NCBI GenBank assembly: GCA_015064385.1
Contig: SVSI01000011.1
Location: forward strand, 1,883-65,882
DNA from: Oscillospiraceae bacterium
Lineage (GTDB): Bacteria; Bacillota; Clostridia; Oscillospirales; CAG-272
Reading direction: 5' to 3'
DNA length: 64,000 bases
Each line of letters begins with the position of its first letter. Position 1 is the stretch's first letter. Under the pieces are notes generated by a model. It did no database searches. It saw only the letters and a program-made list of their open reading frames with translations, and was not told where the DNA came from. The translations under genes and the position numbers were made by a program. Positions 1 through 9,222 of this stretch are shown one piece after another.

Positions 1-121
1 ATTGCAAAAAAATTACGGTTTTTTTGAGATTTGTTGAAAATCACTTGAAAAAAAATCAGCGATATGTTATAATATAGTATAATTTTTACTAGTGACGGCT
101 TTGAAAGGATCGTAGAGGAAA

Positions 122-973
122 ATGTTCAAGCTTTTAAGTAAAGAAAAACTCGGAGATGCTGTTGTAAAGATCGAAATAGACGCTCCGCAGATCAGCGCAA
201 AAATAGGACCGGGGCAGTTCGTTATAATACGTTCACACGAGTATGGCGAGCGCATTCCGCTGACCGTTGCCGATTTTGATAGAGAAAAGGGAAGCATAAC
301 CGTTATATTCCAGACAGTCGGAGCATCCACGAAGCTTCTTGCAACGCTCGAAGCGGGTGATAGCATTATAGACGTAGTAGGACCTCTCGGAAACAAGACC
401 GAGCTGGAGGATGTAAAGAGCGCTGCCGTAATAGGCGGTGGACTCGGCTGTGCCATTGCGTATCCGCAGGCAAAATATCTGCACGAAAAGGGCGCAAAGG
501 TCGATATTATCGCGGGATTTCGCTCGAAGGATCTCATTATCCTCGAGAGCGAGATGGAAAAGGTCTCCGATACTCTCACAATCCTTACCGACGACGGCTC
601 AAACGGCAAAAAGGGACTCGTTACCGACGGTCTGAAGCAGAATATCGAAAAGGGCGCAAAGTACGATACGGTAATCGCCATCGGTCCGCCCATTATGATG
701 AAATTCGTGTCAATGCTCACGAAAGAGCTCGGCATAAAGACGATAGTCAGTATGAACCCCATTATGATAGACGGAACGGGTATGTGCGGCGGATGCCGTC
801 TCACCGTTGGCGGAGAGACTAAATTCGCTTGTATAGACGGTCCCGATTTTGACGGACACCTCGTTGATTTTGACGAGCTTATCCGCCGTAATTCGACCTA
901 CCGAAGCGAGGAAGCAGAGGCAGTTGAAAAGCTTCATAAGTGTAACCTCGATAGATTTGGAGGTACGAAATAA
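122..973 (+). CDS. nfnA: Electron-bifurcating transhydrogenase small subunit (NfnA/SudB-like FAD/NAD-binding, 2Fe-2S)
   Basis: GERIPLT, GPLG, GGGLG and DGTGMCGGCR...CIDGP motifs; stop overlaps the start of the large subunit. Confidence 0.9.
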   Translation: MFKLLSKEKLGDAVVKIEIDAPQISAKIGPGQFVIIRSHEYGERIPLTVADFDREKGSITVIFQTVGASTKLLATLEAGDSIIDVVGPLGNKTELEDVKSAAVIGGGLGCAIAYPQAKYLHEKGAKVDIIAGFRSKDLIILESEMEKVSDTLTILTDDGSNGKKGLVTDGLKQNIEKGAKYDTVIAIGPPIMMKFVSMLTKELGIKTIVSMNPIMIDGTGMCGGCRLTVGGETKFACIDGPDFDGHLVDFDELIRRNSTYRSEEAEAVEKLHKCNLDRFGGTK

Positions 974-2370
974 TGGCAAATATGCAGATGAATAAAACTC
1001 CTATGCCCGAGCAGGAGCCCCTTGTAAGAAACCGTAACTGGCAGGAGGTAGCACTCGGATACAGCGAGCAGGACGCACTTTCGGAGGCACAAAGATGCCT
1101 TAACTGCAAGAATATGCCTTGCGTCAGCGGTTGTCCCGTAGGTGTAAAGATCCCTGAATTTATCAAAAAGGTCGCAGAGGGCGACTTTGAGGGAGCATAT
1201 CAAAAGATAAAGGAGACCAACTCGCTCCCCGCGGTTTGCGGCAGAGTTTGCCCGCAGGAAAATCAGTGCGAGCATAACTGCGTTCGCGCGGTCAAGGGCG
1301 AGAGCGTTGGCATTGGACGTCTTGAGCGTTTCGTTGCAGACTGGCATAGAGCACACGCGTCGGAAAATGACGTCGAAGCGGTAGAAATTCCCGCAAACGC
1401 GCCGAAAATTGCTGTTATTGGCTCGGGGCCGGCAGGACTTTCCTGTGCAGGCGATCTTGCAAAGAACGGTTACAGAGTCACCATTTTCGAGGCACTTCAT
1501 AAGGCGGGAGGAGTTCTGTCTTACGGAATTCCCGAATTCCGTCTTCCCAAGGATATAGTTGATAAAGAGGTAGCGTCTCTCGAAAAAATGGGCGTTGAGA
1601 TACGCCTTAATACGATAGTGGGACGCACGCTCACGGTTGACGAGCTTTTCGAGAGTGGCTACGCGGCGGTGTTTATCGCAAGCGGCGCGGGACTTCCGAG
1701 CTTTATGAATATTCCGGGTGAAAACTCAAACGGAGTTTATTCGGCAAACGAATTTCTCACCCGCGTAAATCTTATGAAGGCGTACAGAGAGGACTATCTC
1801 ACACCGGTAAAATGCGGCAAAAACGTTGCAGTCGTAGGCGGCGGAAACGTTGCTATGGACGCGGCAAGATGCGCCAAGCGTCTCGGAGCCGAGAGTGTCT
1901 ATATCGTTTACAGAAGAAGCGAGGCGGAAATGCCCGCGCGATTTGAGGAGGTCCACCACGCAAAGCAGGAGGAGATCATCTTCAGAACGCTCGTAAATCC
2001 CGTAAAGATAAATGCGGACGAAAAGGGCAACGTCATTTCTATGACCTGCGTGAAAATGGAGCTCGGCGAGCCCGACGCATCGGGCAGACGCCGTCCCGTC
2101 GAGATAGAAGGATCGGAGTTTGATATAGAGCTTGATACCGTTATAATTTCGGTAGGAACCTCGCCTAATCCGCTTATCCGTATGACCACGAGCGGACTCG
2201 ATACGAACAAAAAGGGGTGTATCGTCACAATGGACGGTGTTACCACCACGCGCGAAGGCGTATTTGCGGGCGGAGACGCGGTCACGGGAGCAGCTACCGT
2301 AATACTTGCAATGGGCGCGGGCAGAGAAGCCGCCGCGGCAATAGACAAGTATGTAAAAGGTAATAACTGA
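973..2370 (+). CDS. nfnB: NfnB / GltD-like NADPH-dependent oxidoreductase large subunit
   Basis: RCLNC...CVSGCP, CGRVCPQE.QCE, GSGPAGL, GGGNVAMD and GGDAVTG motifs; paired with nfnA. Confidence 0.9.
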   Translation: MANMQMNKTPMPEQEPLVRNRNWQEVALGYSEQDALSEAQRCLNCKNMPCVSGCPVGVKIPEFIKKVAEGDFEGAYQKIKETNSLPAVCGRVCPQENQCEHNCVRAVKGESVGIGRLERFVADWHRAHASENDVEAVEIPANAPKIAVIGSGPAGLSCAGDLAKNGYRVTIFEALHKAGGVLSYGIPEFRLPKDIVDKEVASLEKMGVEIRLNTIVGRTLTVDELFESGYAAVFIASGAGLPSFMNIPGENSNGVYSANEFLTRVNLMKAYREDYLTPVKCGKNVAVVGGGNVAMDAARCAKRLGAESVYIVYRRSEAEMPARFEEVHHAKQEEIIFRTLVNPVKINADEKGNVISMTCVKMELGEPDASGRRRPVEIEGSEFDIELDTVIISVGTSPNPLIRMTTSGLDTNKKGCIVTMDGVTTTREGVFAGGDAVTGAATVILAMGAGREAAAAIDKYVKGNN

Positions 2371-2376
2371 ACATAG

Positions 2377-2405
2377 AAAAAGTCCGACACTCGTCGGACT
2401 TTTTT
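2377..2405 (+). terminator. Intrinsic terminator after nfnB
   Basis: AAAAAGTCCGAC-actc-GTCGGACTTTTT. Confidence 0.85.
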
Positions 2406-2490
2406 GGTGTCATAAGGTCACGTTCCGAATATGCTGACTATGAGAAACAAAATAGCAAAATAAAGGAAAGTTAACTCATAGGAGGATAAA

Positions 2491-3273
2491 ATGTGGCTTT
2501 CGCTGTTAAAGGGAATTCTTCTCCCTCTCGCGGGCACGTCACTCGGCGCCGCCTGCGTATTTTTTATGAAAAAGGATATCAGCCAACGTCTTCGCAGTGC
2601 TCTCATCGGTTTTGCCGCGGGAGTTATGATAGCGGCGTCGGTGTGGAGTCTTATCATACCCGCAATAGAGGCGTCGGGGTCGTACGGAAAGCTCGCCTTT
2701 TTGCCTGCGACCGTCGGATTTTGGGCTGGGATAGTTTTTCTTCTCGTGCTTGACCACACGATTCCGCACATCCATCTTGGCAGTATGCAAAAGGAGGGGC
2801 TTCGCAGCAAGCTTGGCAAAAACGCGATGCTCGTTTTCACCGTGTCTCTGCACAATATTCCCGAGGGAATGGCAGTCGGCGCGGTATATGCGGGACTTCT
2901 CGACAAAAACACGGGAGTGACGCTCAGTGGTGCGATAATTCTGTCTCTGGGTATAGCCGTGCAAAATTTTCCGGAGGGCGCGATAATATCAATGCCGCTT
3001 GCAAGTAGTGGAATGAAAAGAGGAAAGGCGTTTTTTTGCGGCTTTCTTTCGGGAGCTGCTGAGCCGATAGCGGCACTTCTTACAGTTCTTTTGTACGAAA
3101 CGCTCATAGGAACTCTCCCATATATGCTTGCCTTTGCAGCAGGCGCTATGATCTACGTTGTAATCGAAGAGCTCGTTCCCGAGATATCCGAAGCGGAAAA
3201 TTCGGACATCGGAACGCTCTTTTTTGCACTTGGATTTTCATTAATGATGGTACTTGACGTATCCTTGGGATAA
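2491..3273 (+). CDS. ZIP (ZupT/GufA) family metal transporter
   Basis: HNIPEG and QNFPEG motifs, multiple TM helices, GGAGG SD. Confidence 0.9.
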   Translation: MWLSLLKGILLPLAGTSLGAACVFFMKKDISQRLRSALIGFAAGVMIAASVWSLIIPAIEASGSYGKLAFLPATVGFWAGIVFLLVLDHTIPHIHLGSMQKEGLRSKLGKNAMLVFTVSLHNIPEGMAVGAVYAGLLDKNTGVTLSGAIILSLGIAVQNFPEGAIISMPLASSGMKRGKAFFCGFLSGAAEPIAALLTVLLYETLIGTLPYMLAFAAGAMIYVVIEELVPEISEAENSDIGTLFFALGFSLMMVLDVSLG

Positions 3274-3338
3274 TATTGACATTATGTGAGAACTGTGATA
3301 AAATAGTGGCAAGGATCACAAAACGAAGGGATATTGCT

Positions 3339-5228
3339 ATGAAAAAAGGCACTTTCTCACTAAAACGCATAATATCGGTAACTTTGATACTTTGCGCCGT
3401 GCTTTCCCTGATTTCGTCATCGGTTTTGGCGGACGGCGCCGAGAGTGGGCGCACGGGGATCTCAATAAAAGAGGTCGCACAGAAAATAAACGGTAAAGTT
3501 TTGATCTATCCCGAAGGATACTATTATAGTACGCAAACTATACCGCGCGAGCCGACCACCCTTGAAGCTTGGGTGTATTTGCCGAAAAGCTCGATCTCGG
3601 CAGGATGCGGAGTTATCTTCGGTAACTACGCGGGATATTCACAGGACGCATACCTTTCTTACGAGATAATCGAGGGAGGCGTGCCCGCACTTACAGTCAG
3701 CGATAACGACGGAGATGCCTATACCTATGAGTTCAGCTCGGCAGCAGTAAAGCCGAAGGAGTGGACCCATATCGCGATAGTTTACGGCGGCGGAGACGAT
3801 TTTGAGCATATATACTGTTATATAAACGGCGAAATGAAGCACGAATTCGGCCCGGATAAATTTATGCCGATAGATAAATCGTTCAGTGACAATTTCTTTT
3901 CCATTGCAGGTGATTCTTCAAGGATCAACGAAAACCGTTTTACCGGTGTTCTCGGCGATATTGCCATTTATTCGGACGTTCGCTCGGCAGAGCGTATCAG
4001 ACAAGATATGATCTCGCCGGATACCGCTGACGGTGCACTTATTGCGTATTATAAGCTTTTCGGAGCTGAAAATAAAAAGGACGTTCCCGACGTGAGCGGA
4101 AACGACTATAATATGTATTACAGTCCTCTGTGGGTAAGCGAAAGGGAAATGAACGCCATTCGTACGTCCGAAAACGTCAAATACGCATATTCGATCGCCT
4201 TTATTCCCGACACGCAGTACACCACCGAATATTATCCGCATAATCTTAGTCCCATTTACGATTTTATTATTGAAAACGCGCAAAAGAGAAATATCAAATA
4301 CGCCGTAAGTCTCGGAGATATGACTAACGATAACACCGAGGAGCAGTGGGTGCTGGTAAAAGAGCAGACCGATCGACTTAACGGTATCGTGCCATATACC
4401 GTACTGCGAGGCAACCACGACGTTTATTACAGCGGCGAGGGACAGGAGTATTTTGACAAATATTACGCAAAGACCGACGGATACTACTATAACCACGTCA
4501 AGGAAAACGGCGGATTCTTCGACGAGACGTCGGTAAAGAACACCTATCTTCTTTTCAGTGCAGGCAAGGTTGACTATATGCTGATCAACCTTGACTACGG
4601 TGTCGGTAACGGCGCGCTCGAGTGGGCAAATAAGCTGATCTCCGAATATCCGGACAGACGAGTGATAATAGTTACTCACGCATATCTCTCGCCGGACGGC
4701 ACTCCGCTTGCTGTTGGAGAGACCGGATCTCCTTCGAGCAGAAAAGACGATAACGGTGAGGATCTGAACTCGGGTGAAGATATATGGGACAAACTTATAT
4801 GGGAACACGAAAACGTGGCTATGATAGTCAGCGGACACATGCATACGAATACGATAATGGCTACGAAGGCGTACGGAATGCGTAAAAACACCGTATATCA
4901 GGTGCTTATTGACGGTCAGAGCGTTGATAGTGCGCTTGAGGGCGTAGGACTCGTCGGTATGATGTATTTCACCGAGGACGGCGAGATAGCGCATCTTGAA
5001 TATTATTCTACTGTTTTGAAATCGTATCTTTCGGGAAAGAGATCGCGTATCTCCTTTAATTTTCCGTCGCTCGGAGAAGACGAGGAGATCACTCCCGAGC
5101 TCACACCGCTTGATATTCACGAAAAGAAAAAGCTGCCCGACGCAGTGCTTTATGCAATAATCGGTACTGTCGCAGCTCTTACAGCGTGCCTTACCACGGT
5201 AATTACGGTAAAAAAGAGAAAAAAGTAA
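3339..5228 (+). CDS. Secreted, C-terminally anchored LamG-domain + calcineurin-like metallophosphoesterase
   Basis: Signal peptide from MKKGTF (start moved to ATG 3339, SD GAAGGG); LamG-like TLEAWV/WTHIAIVY; PDTQ, LGD, GNHD, TH and GHMH motifs; C-terminal TM + KKRKK. Confidence 0.8.
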   Translation: MKKGTFSLKRIISVTLILCAVLSLISSSVLADGAESGRTGISIKEVAQKINGKVLIYPEGYYYSTQTIPREPTTLEAWVYLPKSSISAGCGVIFGNYAGYSQDAYLSYEIIEGGVPALTVSDNDGDAYTYEFSSAAVKPKEWTHIAIVYGGGDDFEHIYCYINGEMKHEFGPDKFMPIDKSFSDNFFSIAGDSSRINENRFTGVLGDIAIYSDVRSAERIRQDMISPDTADGALIAYYKLFGAENKKDVPDVSGNDYNMYYSPLWVSEREMNAIRTSENVKYAYSIAFIPDTQYTTEYYPHNLSPIYDFIIENAQKRNIKYAVSLGDMTNDNTEEQWVLVKEQTDRLNGIVPYTVLRGNHDVYYSGEGQEYFDKYYAKTDGYYYNHVKENGGFFDETSVKNTYLLFSAGKVDYMLINLDYGVGNGALEWANKLISEYPDRRVIIVTHAYLSPDGTPLAVGETGSPSSRKDDNGEDLNSGEDIWDKLIWEHENVAMIVSGHMHTNTIMATKAYGMRKNTVYQVLIDGQSVDSALEGVGLVGMMYFTEDGEIAHLEYYSTVLKSYLSGKRSRISFNFPSLGEDEEITPELTPLDIHEKKKLPDAVLYAIIGTVAALTACLTTVITVKKRKK

Positions 5229-5257
5229 AAAATACCGCCAGACGGCGGTATTTTTTT
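5227..5257. terminator. Bidirectional intrinsic terminator
   Basis: AAAAATACCGCC-agac-GGCGGTATTTTTT between convergent genes. Confidence 0.8.
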
Positions 5258-5263
5258 ATGTTA

Positions 5264-5740
5264 TTATCGGTTCAAAAAAACTATTGCCGTATTCAGATAA
5301 GTGGCAAACGCGACCCAAAGGGTGTAGGGAATCTGAAGATATGCCGCTACCCAATTTATCTTTTTATAGGATATCACCGTTTTTATAATGCTTATCAGCA
5401 GAAAGACTATACAAACGAGCGCGGCAACGAATTCCCGCGCGTTGAAGAATATCAGACTCCACGCAAAATTGAAAAAGAGACTTATCTTGTAAATATCAAG
5501 CGCAGCTCGGACGGCTTCGGGCATTTCGTCCTTTTTGTTATATATAACAGCGGCGCTGACACCCATGAGGACGTAAAGGATAGTCCATACGATAGGGAAT
5601 AAAATGGCAGGCGGAGCAAGAGGCGGGACTTTTATTTCGGAATATATGCCCATATTCCCGCGAGTCAGTAGCGCGGATATGATACCGACGGAGAGCGCGA
5701 TAGCGATAGATATGATAAACGGCTTTGCTTTTTTCCACAT
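5264..5740 (-). CDS. tspO: TspO/MBR family membrane protein
   Basis: PPLAPP..LFPIVWTILY, FNFAWSLIFF and IPYTLWVAFATYLN motifs. Confidence 0.9.
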   Translation of the reverse strand: MWKKAKPFIISIAIALSVGIISALLTRGNMGIYSEIKVPPLAPPAILFPIVWTILYVLMGVSAAVIYNKKDEMPEAVRAALDIYKISLFFNFAWSLIFFNAREFVAALVCIVFLLISIIKTVISYKKINWVAAYLQIPYTLWVAFATYLNTAIVFLNR

Positions 5741-5851
5741 AATATCTTACCCCTTGTGTCGTGATGCTACATTATATGCGCGTGAAAAGAGCGTTATTTC
5801 AAAATGTGCCCGTGAAGAGCCAAAATTAAGCGAAATTTTTTTATTTTTCTA

Positions 5852-5880
5852 TTGACAAGCAGATTTTTTTATGATATAAT
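5852..5880 (+). promoter_or_regulatory. sigmaA promoter of tRNA-His
   Basis: TTGACA-17-TATAAT with extended TG. Confidence 0.85.
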
Positions 5881-5911
5881 CGCACTGTTGACTGCAAAGG
5901 GCAGTCGGTAT

Positions 5912-5986
5912 GGAGGGCGTAGCTCACTTGGTTAGAGCGCCAGGTTGTGGCCCTGGAGGTAGTGGGTTCGATTCCCATCGCTCTCC
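5912..5986 (+). tRNA. tRNA-His(GTG)
   Basis: Cloverleaf with G-1:C73 pair, anticodon arm CCAGG-TTGTGGC-CCTGG, GGTTCGATTCC T-arm; CCA not encoded. Confidence 0.95.
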
Positions 5987-5992
5987 CTTGAT

Positions 5993-6030
5993 AAAAACGG
6001 TACTGTGAAGGTTTCACAGTACCGTTTTTT
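5993..6030 (+). terminator. Terminator after tRNA-His
   Basis: AAAAACGGTACTGTGAA...TTCACAGTACCGTTTTTT. Confidence 0.85.
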
Positions 6031-6103
6031 GTATTTAGCGGACACAAAGAATAAAAAAATTGTAAATATTCCGCATAACCCGTATTTATTTCCAAAAACC
6101 TTG

Positions 6104-6132
6104 TTGACACGGAGAATATATAATGTTATAAT
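6104..6132 (+). promoter_or_regulatory. sigmaA promoter of the transketolase/GH93-like operon
   Basis: TTGACA-17-TATAAT with extended TG. Confidence 0.8.
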
Positions 6133-6212
6133 ACTAAAGTATTATGGGTGGAATTTGCTTTGATATTTTCGTCAAAGCTCTATTACCGAAACAAGCGAAA
6201 GGATACAGTAAA

Positions 6213-7049
6213 ATGACGACCAAAGAACTTGCACTTATTGCCGCAAAGGCAAGAAAACTGTGTGTGGAAGCCGTGTTCAACGCAGCATCCGGACATCCGG
6301 GAGGAGCGCTTTCTTCCGCTGACATTATGACTACGCTTTATTTTGAGAGGATGCGCGTCGATACGGAAAATCCGAGATGGGAGGACAGAGACCGTTTCGT
6401 TCTTTCCAAAGGACATTCCTCGCCCGGACTTTACGGTGTTCTCGCTCTGCGTGGATTTTTCCCCGAAGAGGATGTAAAGACCTTCAGAAAGATCGACAGC
6501 GATATGTCCGGACACGCAGAAATGCGTAAGATACGCGGTATAGATATGTCCACCGGCTCGCTCGGCCAGGGAATCTCTGCGGCAGTCGGAATGGCAATGG
6601 CGGGCAAGCTCGATAAAAAGGACTACCGAGTTTACGCACTCCTCGGCGACGGAGAGATCGAAGAGGGACAGGTATGGGAAGCAATGATGGCGGGCGCAAA
6701 GTACAAGCTCGATAACCTCTGTGCTTTCGTTGACGTGAACGGTCTCCAGATAGACGGTCCCACGTCGGTCGTTATGCCGTCCGAGCCCCTCGATATGAAA
6801 TTCGAGGCGTTTGGCTGGAACGTTATCAAGATAGACGGTCATAATTTTGACGAGATAATCTCGGCGCTCGATGCGGCCGAAAATTGCAAGGGTAAGCCCA
6901 CAATGATCCTTGCAAAGACCACAAAGGGCAAGGGCGTATCATTTATGGAAAACAGCGTTGCATGGCACGGAAAAGCACCCAACGCCGAAGAATACGAGAT
7001 AGCAGTCAAGGATCTTGACAAGATCATTTCGGAACTGGAGGGAAAGTAA
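6213..7049 (+). CDS. tktA: Transketolase, N-terminal (TPP-binding) subunit
   Basis: SGHPGG, RDRFVLSKGH, STGSLGQG and GDGE..EG.VWEA motifs; start at MTTKEL after GAAAGGA. Confidence 0.92.
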   Translation: MTTKELALIAAKARKLCVEAVFNAASGHPGGALSSADIMTTLYFERMRVDTENPRWEDRDRFVLSKGHSSPGLYGVLALRGFFPEEDVKTFRKIDSDMSGHAEMRKIRGIDMSTGSLGQGISAAVGMAMAGKLDKKDYRVYALLGDGEIEEGQVWEAMMAGAKYKLDNLCAFVDVNGLQIDGPTSVVMPSEPLDMKFEAFGWNVIKIDGHNFDEIISALDAAENCKGKPTMILAKTTKGKGVSFMENSVAWHGKAPNAEEYEIAVKDLDKIISELEGK

Positions 7050-7050
7050 G

Positions 7051-7998
7051 ATGGCAGATAAGATAGCAACCAGAGAAGCGTACGGAAAGGCACTTGTTGC
7101 ACTTGCCGAAAAATATCCCAATTTTCTCGTGCTTGACGCAGACCTTGCAGAAGCGACCAAGACGGTCGGCTTCTCGAAAGCGTATCCCGACAGATTTTTC
7201 GATATGGGTATCGCAGAAGCGAATATGATGGGCGTTTCCGCGGGACTTGCTACCTGCGGCAAAAAGGTATTTGCAAACTCTTTTGCAATGTTCGCAGCAG
7301 GAAGAGCTTTCGAGCAGGTAAGAAACTCGATAGCATATCCAAAGCTTAACGTAACGGTAGTCGGCTCTCACGGAGGACTCTCGGTCGGTGAGGACGGAGC
7401 TACTCACCAGTGCTGTGAGGATATAGCTCTTATGCGTACGCTCCCCGGAATGACGGTTATCGTACCCTGCGACGGTAACGAGATGACTCAGGCGGTAGAG
7501 GCGATCCTTAACCACGACGGTCCGGTATATCTGCGTCTCGGTCGTCTTGCAATAGACGTAGTTACGGATAGTGTTGATGGTTATAAATTTGAAATAGGCA
7601 AGGGCGCACAGCTCAGAGACGGAAGCGACGTTACCGTAGTTGCAACCGGTATGATGGTGCAAATGGCTATTGAGGCGGCGGAAAAGCTCGCAAAAGAGAA
7701 TATTTCCGTTCGCGTAATAGATATGCACACGATAAAGCCGCTTGATACCGAGATACTTCTCAAGGCGGCAAAGGAGACGGGCGCTATCGTCACCACCGAG
7801 GAGCATACGGTAGTAGGCGGACTCGGAGCGGCAGTTTGCGAATATATTTCGGGTGCTTGCCCCGTACCCGTTATCCGTCACGGCGTAAACGACGAGTTCG
7901 GACGCTCGGGTAAGGCACAGCTCGTTCTTGAAAAGTACGGTCTGACCGCCGATGCGATCGCTGAAAACTGCAGAAAAGCAGTTGCAATGAAAAAATAA
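7051..7998 (+). CDS. tktB: Transketolase, C-terminal subunit
   Basis: MGIAEANM, GEDGATHQ, GPVYLRLGR and TIKPLD motifs; start at MADKIATRE. Confidence 0.92.
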   Translation: MADKIATREAYGKALVALAEKYPNFLVLDADLAEATKTVGFSKAYPDRFFDMGIAEANMMGVSAGLATCGKKVFANSFAMFAAGRAFEQVRNSIAYPKLNVTVVGSHGGLSVGEDGATHQCCEDIALMRTLPGMTVIVPCDGNEMTQAVEAILNHDGPVYLRLGRLAIDVVTDSVDGYKFEIGKGAQLRDGSDVTVVATGMMVQMAIEAAEKLAKENISVRVIDMHTIKPLDTEILLKAAKETGAIVTTEEHTVVGGLGAAVCEYISGACPVPVIRHGVNDEFGRSGKAQLVLEKYGLTADAIAENCRKAVAMKK

Positions 7999-8040
7999 AT
8001 ACTCTTTGTTCGAATTTGTGTTTTTGTGGAGGACTTTATT

Positions 8041-9201
8041 ATGAAAAAGTTTGAAAACGGCGAAATCACTCTTACAAACGGAACGAAGCTCGTTATAGAG
8101 ACGAAATCTCTCGTCGGACGTCCCGACGTCCCCAACACCCCGCTTTGCTTTTCCTATCCTACGATGGTTAAGCTTGCTCACAACGGTGAAAATAACGGAA
8201 AGCTTATAGCCGCTCACGCAACACTTTTCGGAACGCGCGATGATAACGGTTATAAAATTTACGAGAGTAACGATGACGGAGATACTTGGAATCGTATCTC
8301 AAACGCTATTGACGATTTTACTCCCGGCGTATATGACAATATCCTTCAGCCCTGTCTTTTCGAGCTTCCCAAGGAAATGGGAGGTTTCAAGGAGGGAACG
8401 CTTTTCCTCGGCGGTTGCTCGCGTGGAAAATTTCCCGACGGCAGCGGAATGTCGGCAGTTACCCTATATTACAGTGAAGACGTAGGACTTACTTGGAAAG
8501 CGTACCACGTTCTCGCAATGGGCGGAACTGCCCAGGCAAAGGAGGGCGTATGGGAACCCTTCTTTTATTATGACGACGAAACGGGACGTGTGTTCTGCTT
8601 CTACTCGGATGAGACCGATCCTAAATACAATCAGGTGCTCGGCTTCAAATACACTACCGATATGAAGAATTGGAGCGAGATAAAGTACGCCGTAGCTAAC
8701 GAGCAACCTGAGCTCAGACCGGGTATGATTGCTATTTCAAAGATGAATAACGGTGAGTACCTTATGACCTTTGAGATGGTCGGCTTGAAGGGAAACCCGA
8801 TATATTATAAGAAAACGAGAAAGATCGACGATTGGGGAGATCTCGCAGACTACGGAAAGCTTATCATAACAGACGACGGAAAATCGCTCGGAAGCGCGCC
8901 GTGGAACGCTTGGACACCTGCCGGCGGTGAAAAAGGAATAGTATTTATGGGTGCAAACCATAAGGTAACCGGTCCGTCAGTATTCGGAACGGGGACTGAC
9001 CTTTTCCTCAGCTTGGATTACGGCGAGAGCTGGACGGCTATTGAAAATCCGATTCCGTTTGCTCCTACTAAATGCGGAAAGACGTCGTACAGCCCATATA
9101 TCGGCTTTTCCGAGGATGGTAGAACGATGTACTATCTGAGTGGCTCCGATTACGGCGAGTGTAATCAGATGATGTTCGCACGTGTGAAAATCGTTGATTA
9201 A
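8041..9201 (+). CDS. GH93-like / BNR (sialidase-fold) glycoside hydrolase, no signal peptide
   Basis: Asp-boxes (SNDDGDTW, SEDVGLTW, SLDYGESW) plus GVWEPF, YSDE and RPGM...TFE motifs. Confidence 0.7.
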   Translation: MKKFENGEITLTNGTKLVIETKSLVGRPDVPNTPLCFSYPTMVKLAHNGENNGKLIAAHATLFGTRDDNGYKIYESNDDGDTWNRISNAIDDFTPGVYDNILQPCLFELPKEMGGFKEGTLFLGGCSRGKFPDGSGMSAVTLYYSEDVGLTWKAYHVLAMGGTAQAKEGVWEPFFYYDDETGRVFCFYSDETDPKYNQVLGFKYTTDMKNWSEIKYAVANEQPELRPGMIAISKMNNGEYLMTFEMVGLKGNPIYYKKTRKIDDWGDLADYGKLIITDDGKSLGSAPWNAWTPAGGEKGIVFMGANHKVTGPSVFGTGTDLFLSLDYGESWTAIENPIPFAPTKCGKTSYSPYIGFSEDGRTMYYLSGSDYGECNQMMFARVKIVD

Positions 9202-9222
9202 ATATAAAATAAGGAGAAAAAT

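Noticed and set aside
973-2370. Glutamate synthase small subunit (gltD)
   Set aside because: No gltB is adjacent, and pairing with the FAD/2Fe-2S subunit indicates NfnAB.
5134-5228. Sortase LPxTG signal on the metallophosphoesterase
   Set aside because: The motif is LPDAV, without the TG; it is more simply a C-terminal TM anchor with a basic tail.
6104-6135. dif-like sequence (AGAATATATAATGTTA)
   Set aside because: It is fully explained as the spacer and -10 of a perfect TTGACA-17-TATAAT promoter.
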